Below, in pieces: positions 19,941 to 29,127 of a DNA stretch of 64,000 nucleotides. The DNA is from Shigella phage ESH35, in sequence record ON528745, one strand, 5' to 3'. How positions within the stretch are numbered: position 1 is the stretch's first letter; each line of letters opens with the position of its first letter. Below the pieces are notes generated by a model. That model had not been told where the DNA came from and made no database searches. It saw only the letters and a program-made list of their open reading frames with translations. Both the position numbers and the translations under genes were made by a program.

Positions 19941-20177
19941 ATGAAAATTGTTATGGGATGCTTAGCAGTTTGTTTAGTTGCATTAGTAGCAGTTCCATTT
20001 GTTAGTGTTGAAAATGATACTCAACCTGTGATTAAATCTAGCACCGTTATTCACACTAATGGTAAAATATCAGTTAAAATTGATGATAATCTTCATATGA
20101 ATACTAATGGAACGTTGGGTGTTCAATTAGGTAATACCTGTGTAAGCACTACTGGAGTAATTACTACTTGTATTTGA
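19941..20177 (+). CDS. small secreted protein with signal peptide (78 aa)
   Basis: GGAGA SD; hydrophobic N-terminus. Confidence 0.45.
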   Translation: MKIVMGCLAVCLVALVAVPFVSVENDTQPVIKSSTVIHTNGKISVKIDDNLHMNTNGTLGVQLGNTCVSTTGVITTCI

Positions 20178-20187
20178 GGAAATTATT

Positions 20188-20568
20188 ATGAAAATCGCTA
20201 TTTTGGTTATTGCATTAGGTCTTACTGGCTGTGTAGCTCAAGGACCGGTAGTAAATCAATCTGATGTAGGAAAAATTGTAAACTGTTCAAGCAAATTTTA
20301 TAATCCTAATGTTAAGTGTTATAAAGAAGCTCCAAAACAGACAGTAGAACAGATGCAGGCGAATTTTGACGAAGCTATTCGCCCAGATGAATCTGCTCAA
20401 GCATATCGTAATTCAGATGTAATTACACGCGAAGAAAAAATTGAAAACTACTGCGCCGAAATTTGGGCTAATTGGGCTAATAATTACCAATGGCGTACTG
20501 GTAAAAATGCTCCGATGGAGTATGTAGTGAATTCTTATAATTCATGTGTAAAAAATTTGACTAAGTGA
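20188..20568 (+). CDS. putative lipoprotein (126 aa)
   Basis: signal peptide ending in lipobox LTGC. Confidence 0.5.
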   Translation: MKIAILVIALGLTGCVAQGPVVNQSDVGKIVNCSSKFYNPNVKCYKEAPKQTVEQMQANFDEAIRPDESAQAYRNSDVITREEKIENYCAEIWANWANNYQWRTGKNAPMEYVVNSYNSCVKNLTK

Positions 20569-20575
20569 GGAAAAC

Positions 20576-20827
20576 ATGGAAACTTTAGTAGCAGGTTCAA
20601 TTTTTATGGTTTTAGTTTCAGGTGTGTTGGCTATTATTATATACATGCTTCCATGGTTCATCGCCTTGATGCGTGGGTCAAAATCAACAGTAGGAATCTT
20701 TTTCACGTCTTTACTGTTTAACTGGTCAATTATTGGTTGGTTTATTACATTTATTTGGTCAATTGCGGGTGAAACTAAAAAGTCTGCACAACCAAATCAG
20801 GTAATTATCATCAGAGAGAAGGAATGA
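20576..20827 (+). CDS. imm: immunity (superinfection exclusion) membrane protein
   Basis: 83 aa, two transmembrane segments, between 43 and 42. Confidence 0.65.
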   Translation: METLVAGSIFMVLVSGVLAIIIYMLPWFIALMRGSKSTVGIFFTSLLFNWSIIGWFITFIWSIAGETKKSAQPNQVIIIREKE

Positions 20828-20973
20828 AAAGCAAAATTATAGCAGTGTTGCTTTTAATCTTGATGATTATAATAAGTATATACTATAGTGTAACGGTTCC
20901 TCTTATGATTCCAACTATTATTTTAGGTTGGGGTTTATTACTGTTACAAGTTAAATATGAATGTATCAATTGA
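20824..20973 (+). CDS. small membrane protein (49 aa)
   Basis: ATGA overlap with imm; entirely hydrophobic. Confidence 0.3.
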   Translation: MKSKIIAVLLLILMIIISIYYSVTVPLMIPTIILGWGLLLLQVKYECIN

Positions 20974-20980
20974 GGTTTAA

Positions 20981-21721
20981 ATGATTAGTGACTCTATGAC
21001 AGTTGAAGAAATCCGTCTTCATTTGGGGCTTGCATTAAAAGAAAAAGATTTCGTAGTTGATAAAACTGGTGTTAAAACTATTGAAATTATTGGCGCATCA
21101 TTTGTAGCAGATGAACCGTTTATTTTTGGCGCTCTTAATGATGAATACATTCAGCGTGAACTTGAATGGTATAAATCTAAGAGCTTGTTTGTTAAAGATA
21201 TTCCAGGTGAAACACCAAAGATTTGGCAGCAGGTAGCATCTTCTAAAGGCGAAATTAACTCGAATTATGGTTGGGCTATCTGGTCAGAAGATAACTATGC
21301 CCAGTATGATATGTGTTTAGCTGAACTTGGTCAAAATCCTGATTCTCGACGTGGTATCATGATTTATACTCGTCCATCCATGCAATTTGACTACAATAAA
21401 GATGGTATGTCAGATTTCATGTGTACGAATACAGTACAGTACCTGATTCGTGATAAGAAAGTCAATGCAGTAGTAAGCATGCGTTCAAATGACGTGGTCT
21501 TCGGATTCCGTAATGATTATGCATGGCAAAAATACGTATTAGATAAATTAGTATCTGATTTGAATGCAGGTGATTCAACTCGTCAGTATAAAGCAGGTTC
21601 CATTATATGGAATGTCGGGAGCCTTCATGTGTATTCCCGTCATTTTTATTTGGTTGACCATTGGTGGAAAACTGGTGAAACACATATTGCGAAAAAAGAT
21701 TATAACGGTGAGTGGAAATGA
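20981..21721 (+). CDS. 42: dCMP hydroxymethylase
   Basis: 246 aa, thymidylate-synthase-like fold motifs. Confidence 0.93.
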   Translation: MISDSMTVEEIRLHLGLALKEKDFVVDKTGVKTIEIIGASFVADEPFIFGALNDEYIQRELEWYKSKSLFVKDIPGETPKIWQQVASSKGEINSNYGWAIWSEDNYAQYDMCLAELGQNPDSRRGIMIYTRPSMQFDYNKDGMSDFMCTNTVQYLIRDKKVNAVVSMRSNDVVFGFRNDYAWQKYVLDKLVSDLNAGDSTRQYKAGSIIWNVGSLHVYSRHFYLVDHWWKTGETHIAKKDYNGEWK

Positions 21722-22560
21722 TTCAATTCGTAATTCCAAGCTATCAACGCGTAGGGGCAGTTTCTGCCCTTGATATGTTTCCATCTGATTATGAACCGCA
21801 TATTGTAGTACGTGAACACGAAGAAAAAGCTTATTATGACGCTTACGGGTCTAGAGCTAAAATTATAACTATTCCTGATGATGTTAACGGAATTGCTGGT
21901 ACTCGTAAAGCAATTACTGATATGTATGCAGGTCAACGAATTTGGATGATTGATGATGATACTACTATTTGTATGAGTTCAATGCGAAAGAAAGATGATC
22001 GTCGCTGTGTAGATAAAATTAATCAATTAACTCGTGAACAGTTCTATGAATTGATTCAATACGTTAAAGATGCCATGGATTGCGGTTATTATCATGGCCA
22101 TGCTCGTCTACCTATTTTTAAAATTACTTCATCTTGGGGTAATTATCGTGAAAATTCATATGGATTCACGAATACTTGGTATGACCTTGGAAAACTTACA
22201 ACAGAACAAATTGGGTATGGAAAAATTGATTTATGCGAAGATATGTATGCATTTCTCAATTTAATTAATCAAGGTTATCCGCATTTGGCCTTGTTCAAAT
22301 ATCTGGTTGTATCTGGAAAAGCACAGGCTCCGGGCGGGTGCAGTTCAATTCGTAGTAATTCAAAACATAATAGAGCTCTTGAGCAAATCAATAGAGAGTT
22401 TCCAGAGCAAGCTCGTTGGAAAACTTCTAATATTGAAAAACGAAAATCGTTGGGTGAAGAAGACGAGCCATTAAAGGTTCTTCGCATGTGTGTTTCGCGC
22501 AAAGAAAAATCAGAAGCATTTCATAAGTTTAATGCTATTCATCCAATAGCAGTTGATTAA
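21718..22560 (+). CDS. GT-A fold glycosyltransferase at the beta-gt locus (T2/T6 beta-alpha-gt type, inferred)
   Basis: 280 aa; DxD motif (IDDD); unlike recalled T4 beta-gt; ATGA overlap with gene 42. Confidence 0.6.
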   Translation: MIQFVIPSYQRVGAVSALDMFPSDYEPHIVVREHEEKAYYDAYGSRAKIITIPDDVNGIAGTRKAITDMYAGQRIWMIDDDTTICMSSMRKKDDRRCVDKINQLTREQFYELIQYVKDAMDCGYYHGHARLPIFKITSSWGNYRENSYGFTNTWYDLGKLTTEQIGYGKIDLCEDMYAFLNLINQGYPHLALFKYLVVSGKAQAPGGCSSIRSNSKHNRALEQINREFPEQARWKTSNIEKRKSLGEEDEPLKVLRMCVSRKEKSEAFHKFNAIHPIAVD

Positions 22561-22637
22561 TGCCTAAATTTATTGTGTTATAATTACTCTATCTTTAACC
22601 AGTGAGGAAAATATAATGATGCCTATGGAAAAAATGA

Positions 22638-23819
22638 ATGTCTATTGCAGATTTAAAATCCCGTTTGATTAAAGCTTCCACTTCTAAAATGACTGCTGAA
22701 CTGACTACATCTAAATTCTTTAATGAAAAGGATGTAATCCGTACAAAAATCCCAATGCTTAATATTGCTATTTCTGGTGCGATTGATGGCGGCATGCAGT
22801 CTGGTTTAACTATTTTCGCAGGGCCTTCTAAACACTTTAAATCAAATATGTCTTTGACTATGGTTGCGGCATATTTGAACAAATATCCTGACGCGGTTTG
22901 TCTATTCTATGATAGTGAATTTGGTATTACTCCAGCTTATTTGCGATCTATGGGAGTTGACCCGGAACGAGTAATTCATACGCCGATTCAGTCAGTTGAA
23001 CAGCTGAAAATTGATATGGTGAACCAGCTTGAAGCTATTGAGCGTGGTGAAAAGGTTATTGTATTCATCGACTCAATTGGTAATATGGCTTCTAAGAAAG
23101 AAACGGAAGATGCCTTGAATGAAAAATCTGTGGCAGATATGACTCGTGCTAAATCACTGAAGTCATTATTCCGTATTGTTACTCCTTATTTTAGTATTAA
23201 AAATATTCCATGTGTTGCAGTTAACCATACAATTGAAACAATTGAAATGTTTAGTAAAACCGTGATGACAGGTGGTACAGGCGTAATGTATTCGGCTGAT
23301 ACTGTATTCATTATCGGTAAGCGTCAGATTAAAGATGGTTCTGATCTTCAGGGGTATCAATTTGTTCTAAATGTAGAAAAATCTCGTACCGTTAAAGAAA
23401 AAAGTAAATTCTTTATTGATGTTAAATTTGACGGTGGTATCGATCCTTATTCTGGATTGTTAGATATGGCTCTAGAATTAGGATTTGTAGTAAAACCTAA
23501 AAATGGCTGGTATGCTCGTGAATTTCTTGACGAAGAAACCGGCGAGATGATTCGCGAAGAAAAATCTTGGCGTGCAAAAGATACTAACTGCACTACATTC
23601 TGGGGTCCTTTATTTAAGCATCAACCATTCCGAGATGCTATTAAACGTGCTTATCAGTTAGGTGCTATTGATAGTAATGAAATTGTTGAAGCTGAAGTTG
23701 ATGAATTGATTAACTCAAAGGTTGAAAAATTTAAATCTCCAGAAAGTAAAAGTAAATCAGCTGCTGATTTAGAAACTGACCTCGAGCAGTTAAGTGATAT
23801 GGAAGAATTTAATGAATAA
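22638..23819 (+). CDS. uvsX: RecA-like recombinase
   Basis: 393 aa; Walker A GPSKHFKS; matches recalled T4 UvsX. Confidence 0.95.
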   Translation: MSIADLKSRLIKASTSKMTAELTTSKFFNEKDVIRTKIPMLNIAISGAIDGGMQSGLTIFAGPSKHFKSNMSLTMVAAYLNKYPDAVCLFYDSEFGITPAYLRSMGVDPERVIHTPIQSVEQLKIDMVNQLEAIERGEKVIVFIDSIGNMASKKETEDALNEKSVADMTRAKSLKSLFRIVTPYFSIKNIPCVAVNHTIETIEMFSKTVMTGGTGVMYSADTVFIIGKRQIKDGSDLQGYQFVLNVEKSRTVKEKSKFFIDVKFDGGIDPYSGLLDMALELGFVVKPKNGWYAREFLDEETGEMIREEKSWRAKDTNCTTFWGPLFKHQPFRDAIKRAYQLGAIDSNEIVEAEVDELINSKVEKFKSPESKSKSAADLETDLEQLSDMEEFNE

Positions 23820-24156
23820 AGATGATTTAGATTTAGATCTAGAAATTATCGATGAATCCCCCTCTTCGGAGGGGGAAGAAGAAAGAAAAGAACGTCTTTT
23901 TAATGAATCTCTTAAGATAATTAAATCCGCTATGGAAAATGTTATCCAGGAGATTGTCATTAAACTAGAAGATGGTTCTACACATATAGTGTATGTAACT
24001 AAACTGGATTGGGTTGATGGAAAGGTTGTAATGGACTTTGCTGTTCTTGACCAAGAAAGAAAAGCTGAGTTAGCTCCTCATGTAGAAAAATGTATTACAA
24101 TGCAACTACAAGATGCATTTAATAAAAGGTCAAAGAAAAAGTTTAAATTCTTTTAA
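23812..24156 (+). CDS. 40: head vertex assembly chaperone gp40
   Basis: 114 aa from internal ATG overlapping uvsX stop. Confidence 0.7.
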   Translation: MNKDDLDLDLEIIDESPSSEGEEERKERLFNESLKIIKSAMENVIQEIVIKLEDGSTHIVYVTKLDWVDGKVVMDFAVLDQERKAELAPHVEKCITMQLQDAFNKRSKKKFKFF

Positions 24157-24165
24157 GGAGTAAGT

Positions 24166-25593
24166 GTGGTAGAAATTATTCTTTCTCATCTTATATTTGA
24201 TCAAGCTTATTTTTCAAAAGTTTGGCCATATATGGATTCAGAATATTTTGAAAGTGGTCCAGCTAAAAATACATTCAAATTAATTAAATCTCATGTTAAT
24301 GAGTACCATAGCGTTCCATCTATTAATGCGTTAAATGTTGCATTAGAAAATAGTTCATTTACTGAAACAGAATATTCTGGTGTAAAAACACTTATTTCAA
24401 AACTGGCTGATTCTCCGGAAGACCACAGCTGGTTAGTAAAAGAAACAGAAAAATATGTTCAGCAAAGGGCGATGTTTAACGCCACATCTAAAATAATTGA
24501 AATTCAAACTAATGCTGAGCTTCCTCCGGAAAAACGAAATAAGAAAATGCCGGATGTTGGTGCTATTCCTGACATCATGCGCCAAGCATTATCAATTTCA
24601 TTTGATAGTTACGTTGGTCATGATTGGATGGATGACTACGAAGCACGTTGGCTATCTTATATGAATAAAGCTCGTAAGGTTCCATTTAAACTCAGAATTC
24701 TAAACAAAATTACGAAAGGCGGAGCTGAAACTGGAACGCTGAACGTTTTAATGGCTGGCGTTAACGTTGGTAAGTCATTAGGATTGTGTTCATTGGCAGC
24801 AGATTATTTACAGCTCGGACATAATGTTCTTTACATTTCCATGGAAATGGCAGAAGAAGTCTGCGCTAAACGTATTGATGCTAATATGCTTGATGTTTCT
24901 CTTGATGACATTGATGATGGGCATATTTCTTACGCTGAGTATAAAGGAAAAATGGAAAAATGGCGTGAGAAATCTACTCTCGGTCGTTTAATCGTTAAAC
25001 AGTATCCTACTGGTGGAGCAGATGCTAATACATTTCGATCGCTTTTAAACGAATTAAAGCTCAAGAAGAATTTTGTTCCAACAATCATTATTGTCGACTA
25101 TCTGGGTATTTGTAAATCTTGCCGCATTAGAGTTTACTCAGAAAATAGTTACACAACTGTTAAAGCCATTGCAGAGGAATTACGTGCTCTTGCTGTTGAA
25201 ACCGAAACTGTTCTTTGGACTGCAGCACAGGTTGGTAAACAAGCTTGGGATTCTTCTGATGTTAACATGAGCGATATTGCAGAATCTGCCGGTCTTCCAG
25301 CAACAGCTGATTTTATGCTTGCGGTCATTGAAACCGAGGAGTTAGCAGCTGCTGAACAACAACTTATTAAGCAAATCAAATCACGATATGGTGATAAGAA
25401 TAAATGGAATAAGTTTTTGATGGGTGTTCAAAAAGGAAATCAGAAATGGGTAGAAATTGAACAAGATTCTACTCCAACCGAAGTGAGTGAAGTAGCAGGT
25501 TCACAACAGATTCAGGCTGAACAGAATCGCTATCAAAGAAACGAATCAGCTCGAGCTCAGTTAGATGCTTTGGCAAATGAATTAAAATTTTAG
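24166..25593 (+). CDS. 41: replicative DNA helicase (DnaB-like)
   Basis: 475 aa, GTG start after AAGGAG; Walker A GVNVGKS. Confidence 0.97.
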   Translation: MVEIILSHLIFDQAYFSKVWPYMDSEYFESGPAKNTFKLIKSHVNEYHSVPSINALNVALENSSFTETEYSGVKTLISKLADSPEDHSWLVKETEKYVQQRAMFNATSKIIEIQTNAELPPEKRNKKMPDVGAIPDIMRQALSISFDSYVGHDWMDDYEARWLSYMNKARKVPFKLRILNKITKGGAETGTLNVLMAGVNVGKSLGLCSLAADYLQLGHNVLYISMEMAEEVCAKRIDANMLDVSLDDIDDGHISYAEYKGKMEKWREKSTLGRLIVKQYPTGGADANTFRSLLNELKLKKNFVPTIIIVDYLGICKSCRIRVYSENSYTTVKAIAEELRALAVETETVLWTAAQVGKQAWDSSDVNMSDIAESAGLPATADFMLAVIETEELAAAEQQLIKQIKSRYGDKNKWNKFLMGVQKGNQKWVEIEQDSTPTEVSEVAGSQQIQAEQNRYQRNESARAQLDALANELKF

Positions 25594-25594
25594 T

Positions 25595-25622
25595 TTACAA
25601 GCTGACAAGACTATGGTATAGT
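25595..25622 (+). promoter_or_regulatory. early-promoter-like element
   Basis: TTTACA, 16 bp, TATAGT. Confidence 0.45.
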
Positions 25623-25651
25623 AGTCTTGTTGGTTAAATGAGGAGATTGTT

Positions 25652-25828
25652 ATGGAATTGGTAAAGGTAGTTTTTATGGGGTGGTTTAAGAATGAAAGCA
25701 TGTTTACTAAAGAAATCACAATGATGAAAGATGACGTTCAATGGGCTACTACTCAATATGCTGAAGTTAATAAAGCATTAGTTGAAGCTTTCATTGATGA
25801 CAAGAAAGTATGTGAAGTGGATTGCTGA
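25652..25828 (+). CDS. dmd: Dmd-like small protein (antitoxin against RnlA/LsoA in T4)
   Basis: 58 aa, strong GAGGAG SD; size and position between 41 and 61. Confidence 0.6.
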   Translation: MELVKVVFMGWFKNESMFTKEITMMKDDVQWATTQYAEVNKALVEAFIDDKKVCEVDC

Positions 25829-25835
25829 GGATAAT

Positions 25836-26093
25836 ATGCATATTGTTTTATTTAAACCTACTCCGTATAACGTCAGGAAAAATACTCAATTCAAAGCACT
25901 TATTGCAGATACATGGGAATTGGTGTTAGATATTCCAGCAGAAGAAAGTCCTCCATTTGGTCGAGTGGAATTTATTAAGTTTGCTGTACGTCCTACGAAG
26001 AGGCAGATTCGTCAGTATAAAAGGTATTTTCGTAAAATCGTTAAGCTAGAGAAACAGTTTGTAACATGTGATTACGCAGAAGTTTTAAAATAG
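25836..26093 (+). CDS. hypothetical basic protein (85 aa)
   Basis: internal ATG of track ORF 25782..26093; Arg/Lys-rich. Confidence 0.45.
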   Translation: MHIVLFKPTPYNVRKNTQFKALIADTWELVLDIPAEESPPFGRVEFIKFAVRPTKRQIRQYKRYFRKIVKLEKQFVTCDYAEVLK

Positions 26094-26153
26094 CTGTTTA
26101 CTTTTGTTGGAAATTGAGATACTATATAAACATAAACTACTGAGGAGATTATC

Positions 26154-26447
26154 ATGAAAAAATTTATTTTTGCTACAATTTTTACTTTGGCTTCTTGTGC
26201 TGCTCAGCCTGCTATGGCAGGTTATGATAAAGATTTGTGCGAATGGTCTATGACTGCTGATCAGACTGAGGTTGAAACTCAAATTGAAGCAGATATTATG
26301 AATATCGTTGAGCGCGATCGCCCTGAAATGAAAGCTGAAGTGCAAAAACAGCTTAAGTCTGGTGGTGTAATGCAGTATAATTATGTTCTATATTGCGATA
26401 AAAACTTTAATAATAAAAATATCATCGCTGAAGTGGTAGGTGAATAA
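26154..26447 (+). CDS. sp: spackle-like periplasmic protein
   Basis: 97 aa with cleavable signal peptide; GAGGAG SD. Confidence 0.65.
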   Translation: MKKFIFATIFTLASCAAQPAMAGYDKDLCEWSMTADQTEVETQIEADIMNIVERDRPEMKAEVQKQLKSGGVMQYNYVLYCDKNFNNKNIIAEVVGE

Positions 26448-27073
26448 TGCTCTATCAAATGCACAAGTGCAAAGATACATACAAATATAAAGGTGCCCAG
26501 TGTTATATCATTAATCGTGAAAACGCGGGTCCAGGTCATTCGCATCAATCACGGTTTGTATTCGTTAAAAACAATGAAATTATAGCAGTTGCTAATTATA
26601 TGCTTGTGACTAATGATGTTAATCCGGTGCCTTTTACATATTATAATCTAATGGACTTGGCGTACGATTATAATTGGTTTAATCATGACACTTTGGCTCA
26701 TATCGAAGGCGTAGGATTTGACATCTCTTATTCTAGTTACTCGTTGTGTCCTATGAGCAGAGCTCATAAAGAGCCTGAATATTTTTCATTTCGTCGGCGT
26801 GTAGACTCTAAACGCAGTACAGAGTATGTCGGTGGAATCTTTGTTAAAGATAATCGAATTACTCGCATTATTTATCCTTTGGGCTGTGGTCAAAAAGATA
26901 TTGATGTTGATTTAGACTTTACTGAAAACATCATTAATCATATTGCTTCTGTGTATTTTGATATTGATCACAAAATTGTAATATGTGGATATGAATTACC
27001 ATCAGAAAAACAGTCTAAAGTAGATGTTTCTATTGATGACCAAATTTTTAATGCTTTTATGAATAGAGGTTAA
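26447..27073 (+). CDS. hypothetical protein (208 aa) at the T4 61.2 position
   Basis: ATGA overlap with sp; synteny only. Confidence 0.5.
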   Translation: MLYQMHKCKDTYKYKGAQCYIINRENAGPGHSHQSRFVFVKNNEIIAVANYMLVTNDVNPVPFTYYNLMDLAYDYNWFNHDTLAHIEGVGFDISYSSYSLCPMSRAHKEPEYFSFRRRVDSKRSTEYVGGIFVKDNRITRIIYPLGCGQKDIDVDLDFTENIINHIASVYFDIDHKIVICGYELPSEKQSKVDVSIDDQIFNAFMNRG

Positions 27074-27074
27074 T

Positions 27075-27239
27075 ATGAAAACATATAAAGAATTTATTAA
27101 AGAAGATATGGTAGCTGGAGATTCAGGTGGTAATCCTGAAAATATCTCTACTGGAACAACGTCAGGTGCTGTAGTAAATAAAGGTCCTGAACAGATTCCT
27201 AAAAAGAAAAAAGAGGAATCTAAAGAAAAAGAAGAGTAA
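27075..27239 (+). CDS. hypothetical small protein (54 aa), Lys/Glu-rich tail
   Basis: ATG ORF filling the gap before gene 61. Confidence 0.35.
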   Translation: MKTYKEFIKEDMVAGDSGGNPENISTGTTSGAVVNKGPEQIPKKKKEESKEKEE

Positions 27240-27241
27240 AA

Positions 27242-28270
27242 ATGTCATTAATACCTTGGATTGATAATGAGTTTGCATACCGTGCATTGGCTCATTTACC
27301 TAAATTCGCACAAGTAAATAATAGTTCAACTTTTAAATTACGGTTTAGATGTCCCGTTTGTGGAGATTCAAAAACCGATCAAAATAAAGCCCGTGGATGG
27401 TATTATGGCGATAATAATGAAGGAAATATTCATTGTTATAACTGTAACTATCATGCACCAATTGGAATATATTTAAAGGAGTTTGAACCTGATTTATATC
27501 GTGAGTATATCTTTGAAATAAGAAAAGAAAAAGGTAAAAGTCGTCCAGTAGAAAAACCTAAAGAACTTCCTAAACAACCTGAGAAAAAAATAATTAAATC
27601 TCTTCCGTCATGTATTAGATTAGATAAACTGGCGGAAGACCATCCAATTATAAAATATGTAAAAGCTCGTTGTATTCCAAAGGATAAATGGAAATATCTT
27701 TGGTTTACAACCGAATGGCCTAAATTAGTTAATAGTATAGCGCCAGGAACATATAAAAAGGAAATACCTGAGCCTCGTCTTGTTATTCCAATTTATAATG
27801 CTAACGGAAAAGCCGAGTCTTTTCAAGGCCGTGCATTAAAGAAAGATGCTCCTCAAAAATATATCACCATAAAAGCTTATCCTGAAGCAACAAAAATCTA
27901 TGGCGTTGAACGAGTTAAAGATGGTGATGTATATGTTCTAGAAGGACCTATAGATTCACTTTTTATTGAAAATGGTATAGCTATTACGGGTGGTCAATTA
28001 GACCTAGAAGTTGTTCCATTTAAAGATAGACGTGTGTGGGTTTTAGATAATGAACCTCGTCATCCTGACACTATTAAACGAATGACTAAATTAGTTGATG
28101 CAGGAGAAAGGGTTATGTTTTGGGACAAATCTCCCTGGAAATCAAAAGATGTTAATGATATGATTAGAAAGGAAGGTGCAACCCCTGAACAAATTATGGA
28201 ATATATGAAAAATAATATTGCTCAGGGGTTGATGGCTAAAATGCGGTTATCTAAATATGCTAAGATTTAA
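27242..28270 (+). CDS. 61: DNA primase
   Basis: 342 aa; N-terminal zinc-binding CPVCGDS...CYNCN; TOPRIM-like region. Confidence 0.92.
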   Translation: MSLIPWIDNEFAYRALAHLPKFAQVNNSSTFKLRFRCPVCGDSKTDQNKARGWYYGDNNEGNIHCYNCNYHAPIGIYLKEFEPDLYREYIFEIRKEKGKSRPVEKPKELPKQPEKKIIKSLPSCIRLDKLAEDHPIIKYVKARCIPKDKWKYLWFTTEWPKLVNSIAPGTYKKEIPEPRLVIPIYNANGKAESFQGRALKKDAPQKYITIKAYPEATKIYGVERVKDGDVYVLEGPIDSLFIENGIAITGGQLDLEVVPFKDRRVWVLDNEPRHPDTIKRMTKLVDAGERVMFWDKSPWKSKDVNDMIRKEGATPEQIMEYMKNNIAQGLMAKMRLSKYAKI

Positions 28271-28467
28271 ATTAACCCAACTAAAGCGAATGCTAAATCT
28301 ACAAATGTATCAAGAGTAACTACTGGAATATTAATACCATGTGCAATTGCAACAGGTGATAGAATAAAGTTCCAGAGTAAAATTCCTACCATAGCAGAAA
28401 TAGTAAAAGCTATACGTTTTTTATTACCTTTTATGGCATTAACAAGTGCCATTAATTTTTGTACCAT
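28267..28467 (-). CDS. antisense small hydrophobic protein (66 aa)
   Basis: strong AAGGAGG SD 4 nt upstream; tail-to-tail 4-bp overlap with gene 61; two hydrophobic segments. Confidence 0.35.
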   Translation of the reverse strand: MVQKLMALVNAIKGNKKRIAFTISAMVGILLWNFILSPVAIAHGINIPVVTLDTFVDLAFALVGLI

Positions 28468-28478
28468 ATGTCCTCCTT

Positions 28479-28504
28479 ATTGCTTTATATATTTATTGTA
28501 TAAT
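28479..28504 (+). promoter_or_regulatory. MotA-dependent middle promoter for gene 56
   Basis: perfect MotA box ATTGCTTTA, 11 bp, then TATAAT. Confidence 0.55.
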
Positions 28505-28540
28505 TAATCTACTAACCCATGAATTGAAAGGAAAAATAAC

Positions 28541-29059
28541 ATGCCACATTTCAACGAATGTAGTCAACTGATCGAAGGCGCTGATAAAGCTCAAAATGAA
28601 TATTGGGATATTCTCGGTGATGAAAAAGACCCGCTGCAGGTAATGCTTGACATGCAGAAATCTCTGCAGATTCGTTTAGCTAAAGATAAACCTGAATATA
28701 ATCGTCATCCTGATGATTTGGCTACTGCCGGTGAAGTTGTTGATTGGCTACGTAATCAGAAAGATTATATTGACGATGAATTCCGTGAACTTCTGACATC
28801 TCTTGGCGGTATGAGCAATGGCGAAAAAGATGCATCTGCTGTATGGAAGCCTTGGAAAGCTCAACATGGTGAACGCCGTGAAACTCTGATTACTGATTTG
28901 TCTCCACAAGACCAATTGGAAATTAAATTTGAAATGATTGATATTCTCCATTTCGTTCTGAACATGTTCCAAGGTCTTGGTCTTACAGCTGAAGAAATCT
29001 TTAAACTTTATTACCTGAAAAATGCTGAAAATTTCGCACGTCAAGACCGAGGTTATTAA
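28541..29059 (+). CDS. 56: dCTPase/dUTPase (MazG-like NTP pyrophosphohydrolase)
   Basis: 172 aa, acidic EExxE-type motifs. Confidence 0.7.
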   Translation: MPHFNECSQLIEGADKAQNEYWDILGDEKDPLQVMLDMQKSLQIRLAKDKPEYNRHPDDLATAGEVVDWLRNQKDYIDDEFRELLTSLGGMSNGEKDASAVWKPWKAQHGERRETLITDLSPQDQLEIKFEMIDILHFVLNMFQGLGLTAEEIFKLYYLKNAENFARQDRGY

Positions 29060-29089
29060 CAGCTCGTCTTAAAAGCCGCGAGAATTTAT

Positions 29090-29097
29090 TATAAATA
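29090..29097 (+). promoter_or_regulatory. late promoter TATAAATA upstream of soc
   Basis: exact TATAAATA about 30 nt upstream of soc start. Confidence 0.55.
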
Positions 29098-29127
29098 ATC
29101 ATGTAATTTAAATAAAAGGAGAATTAC

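Noticed and set aside
22561-22637. Possible middle promoter upstream of uvsX
   Set aside because: A TATAAT-like hexamer is present but no TGCTT box at the right spacing; too weak to call.
22595-22882. 95-aa minus-strand ORF
   Set aside because: Overlaps the uvsX 5-prime end antisense; no promoter or SD.
25676-25690. Apparent +1 frameshift in a G run inside the dmd-like gene
   Set aside because: On recounting, the run is four Gs (ATGGGGTGG) and the ORF 25652..25828 is continuous; the frameshift was a reading error.
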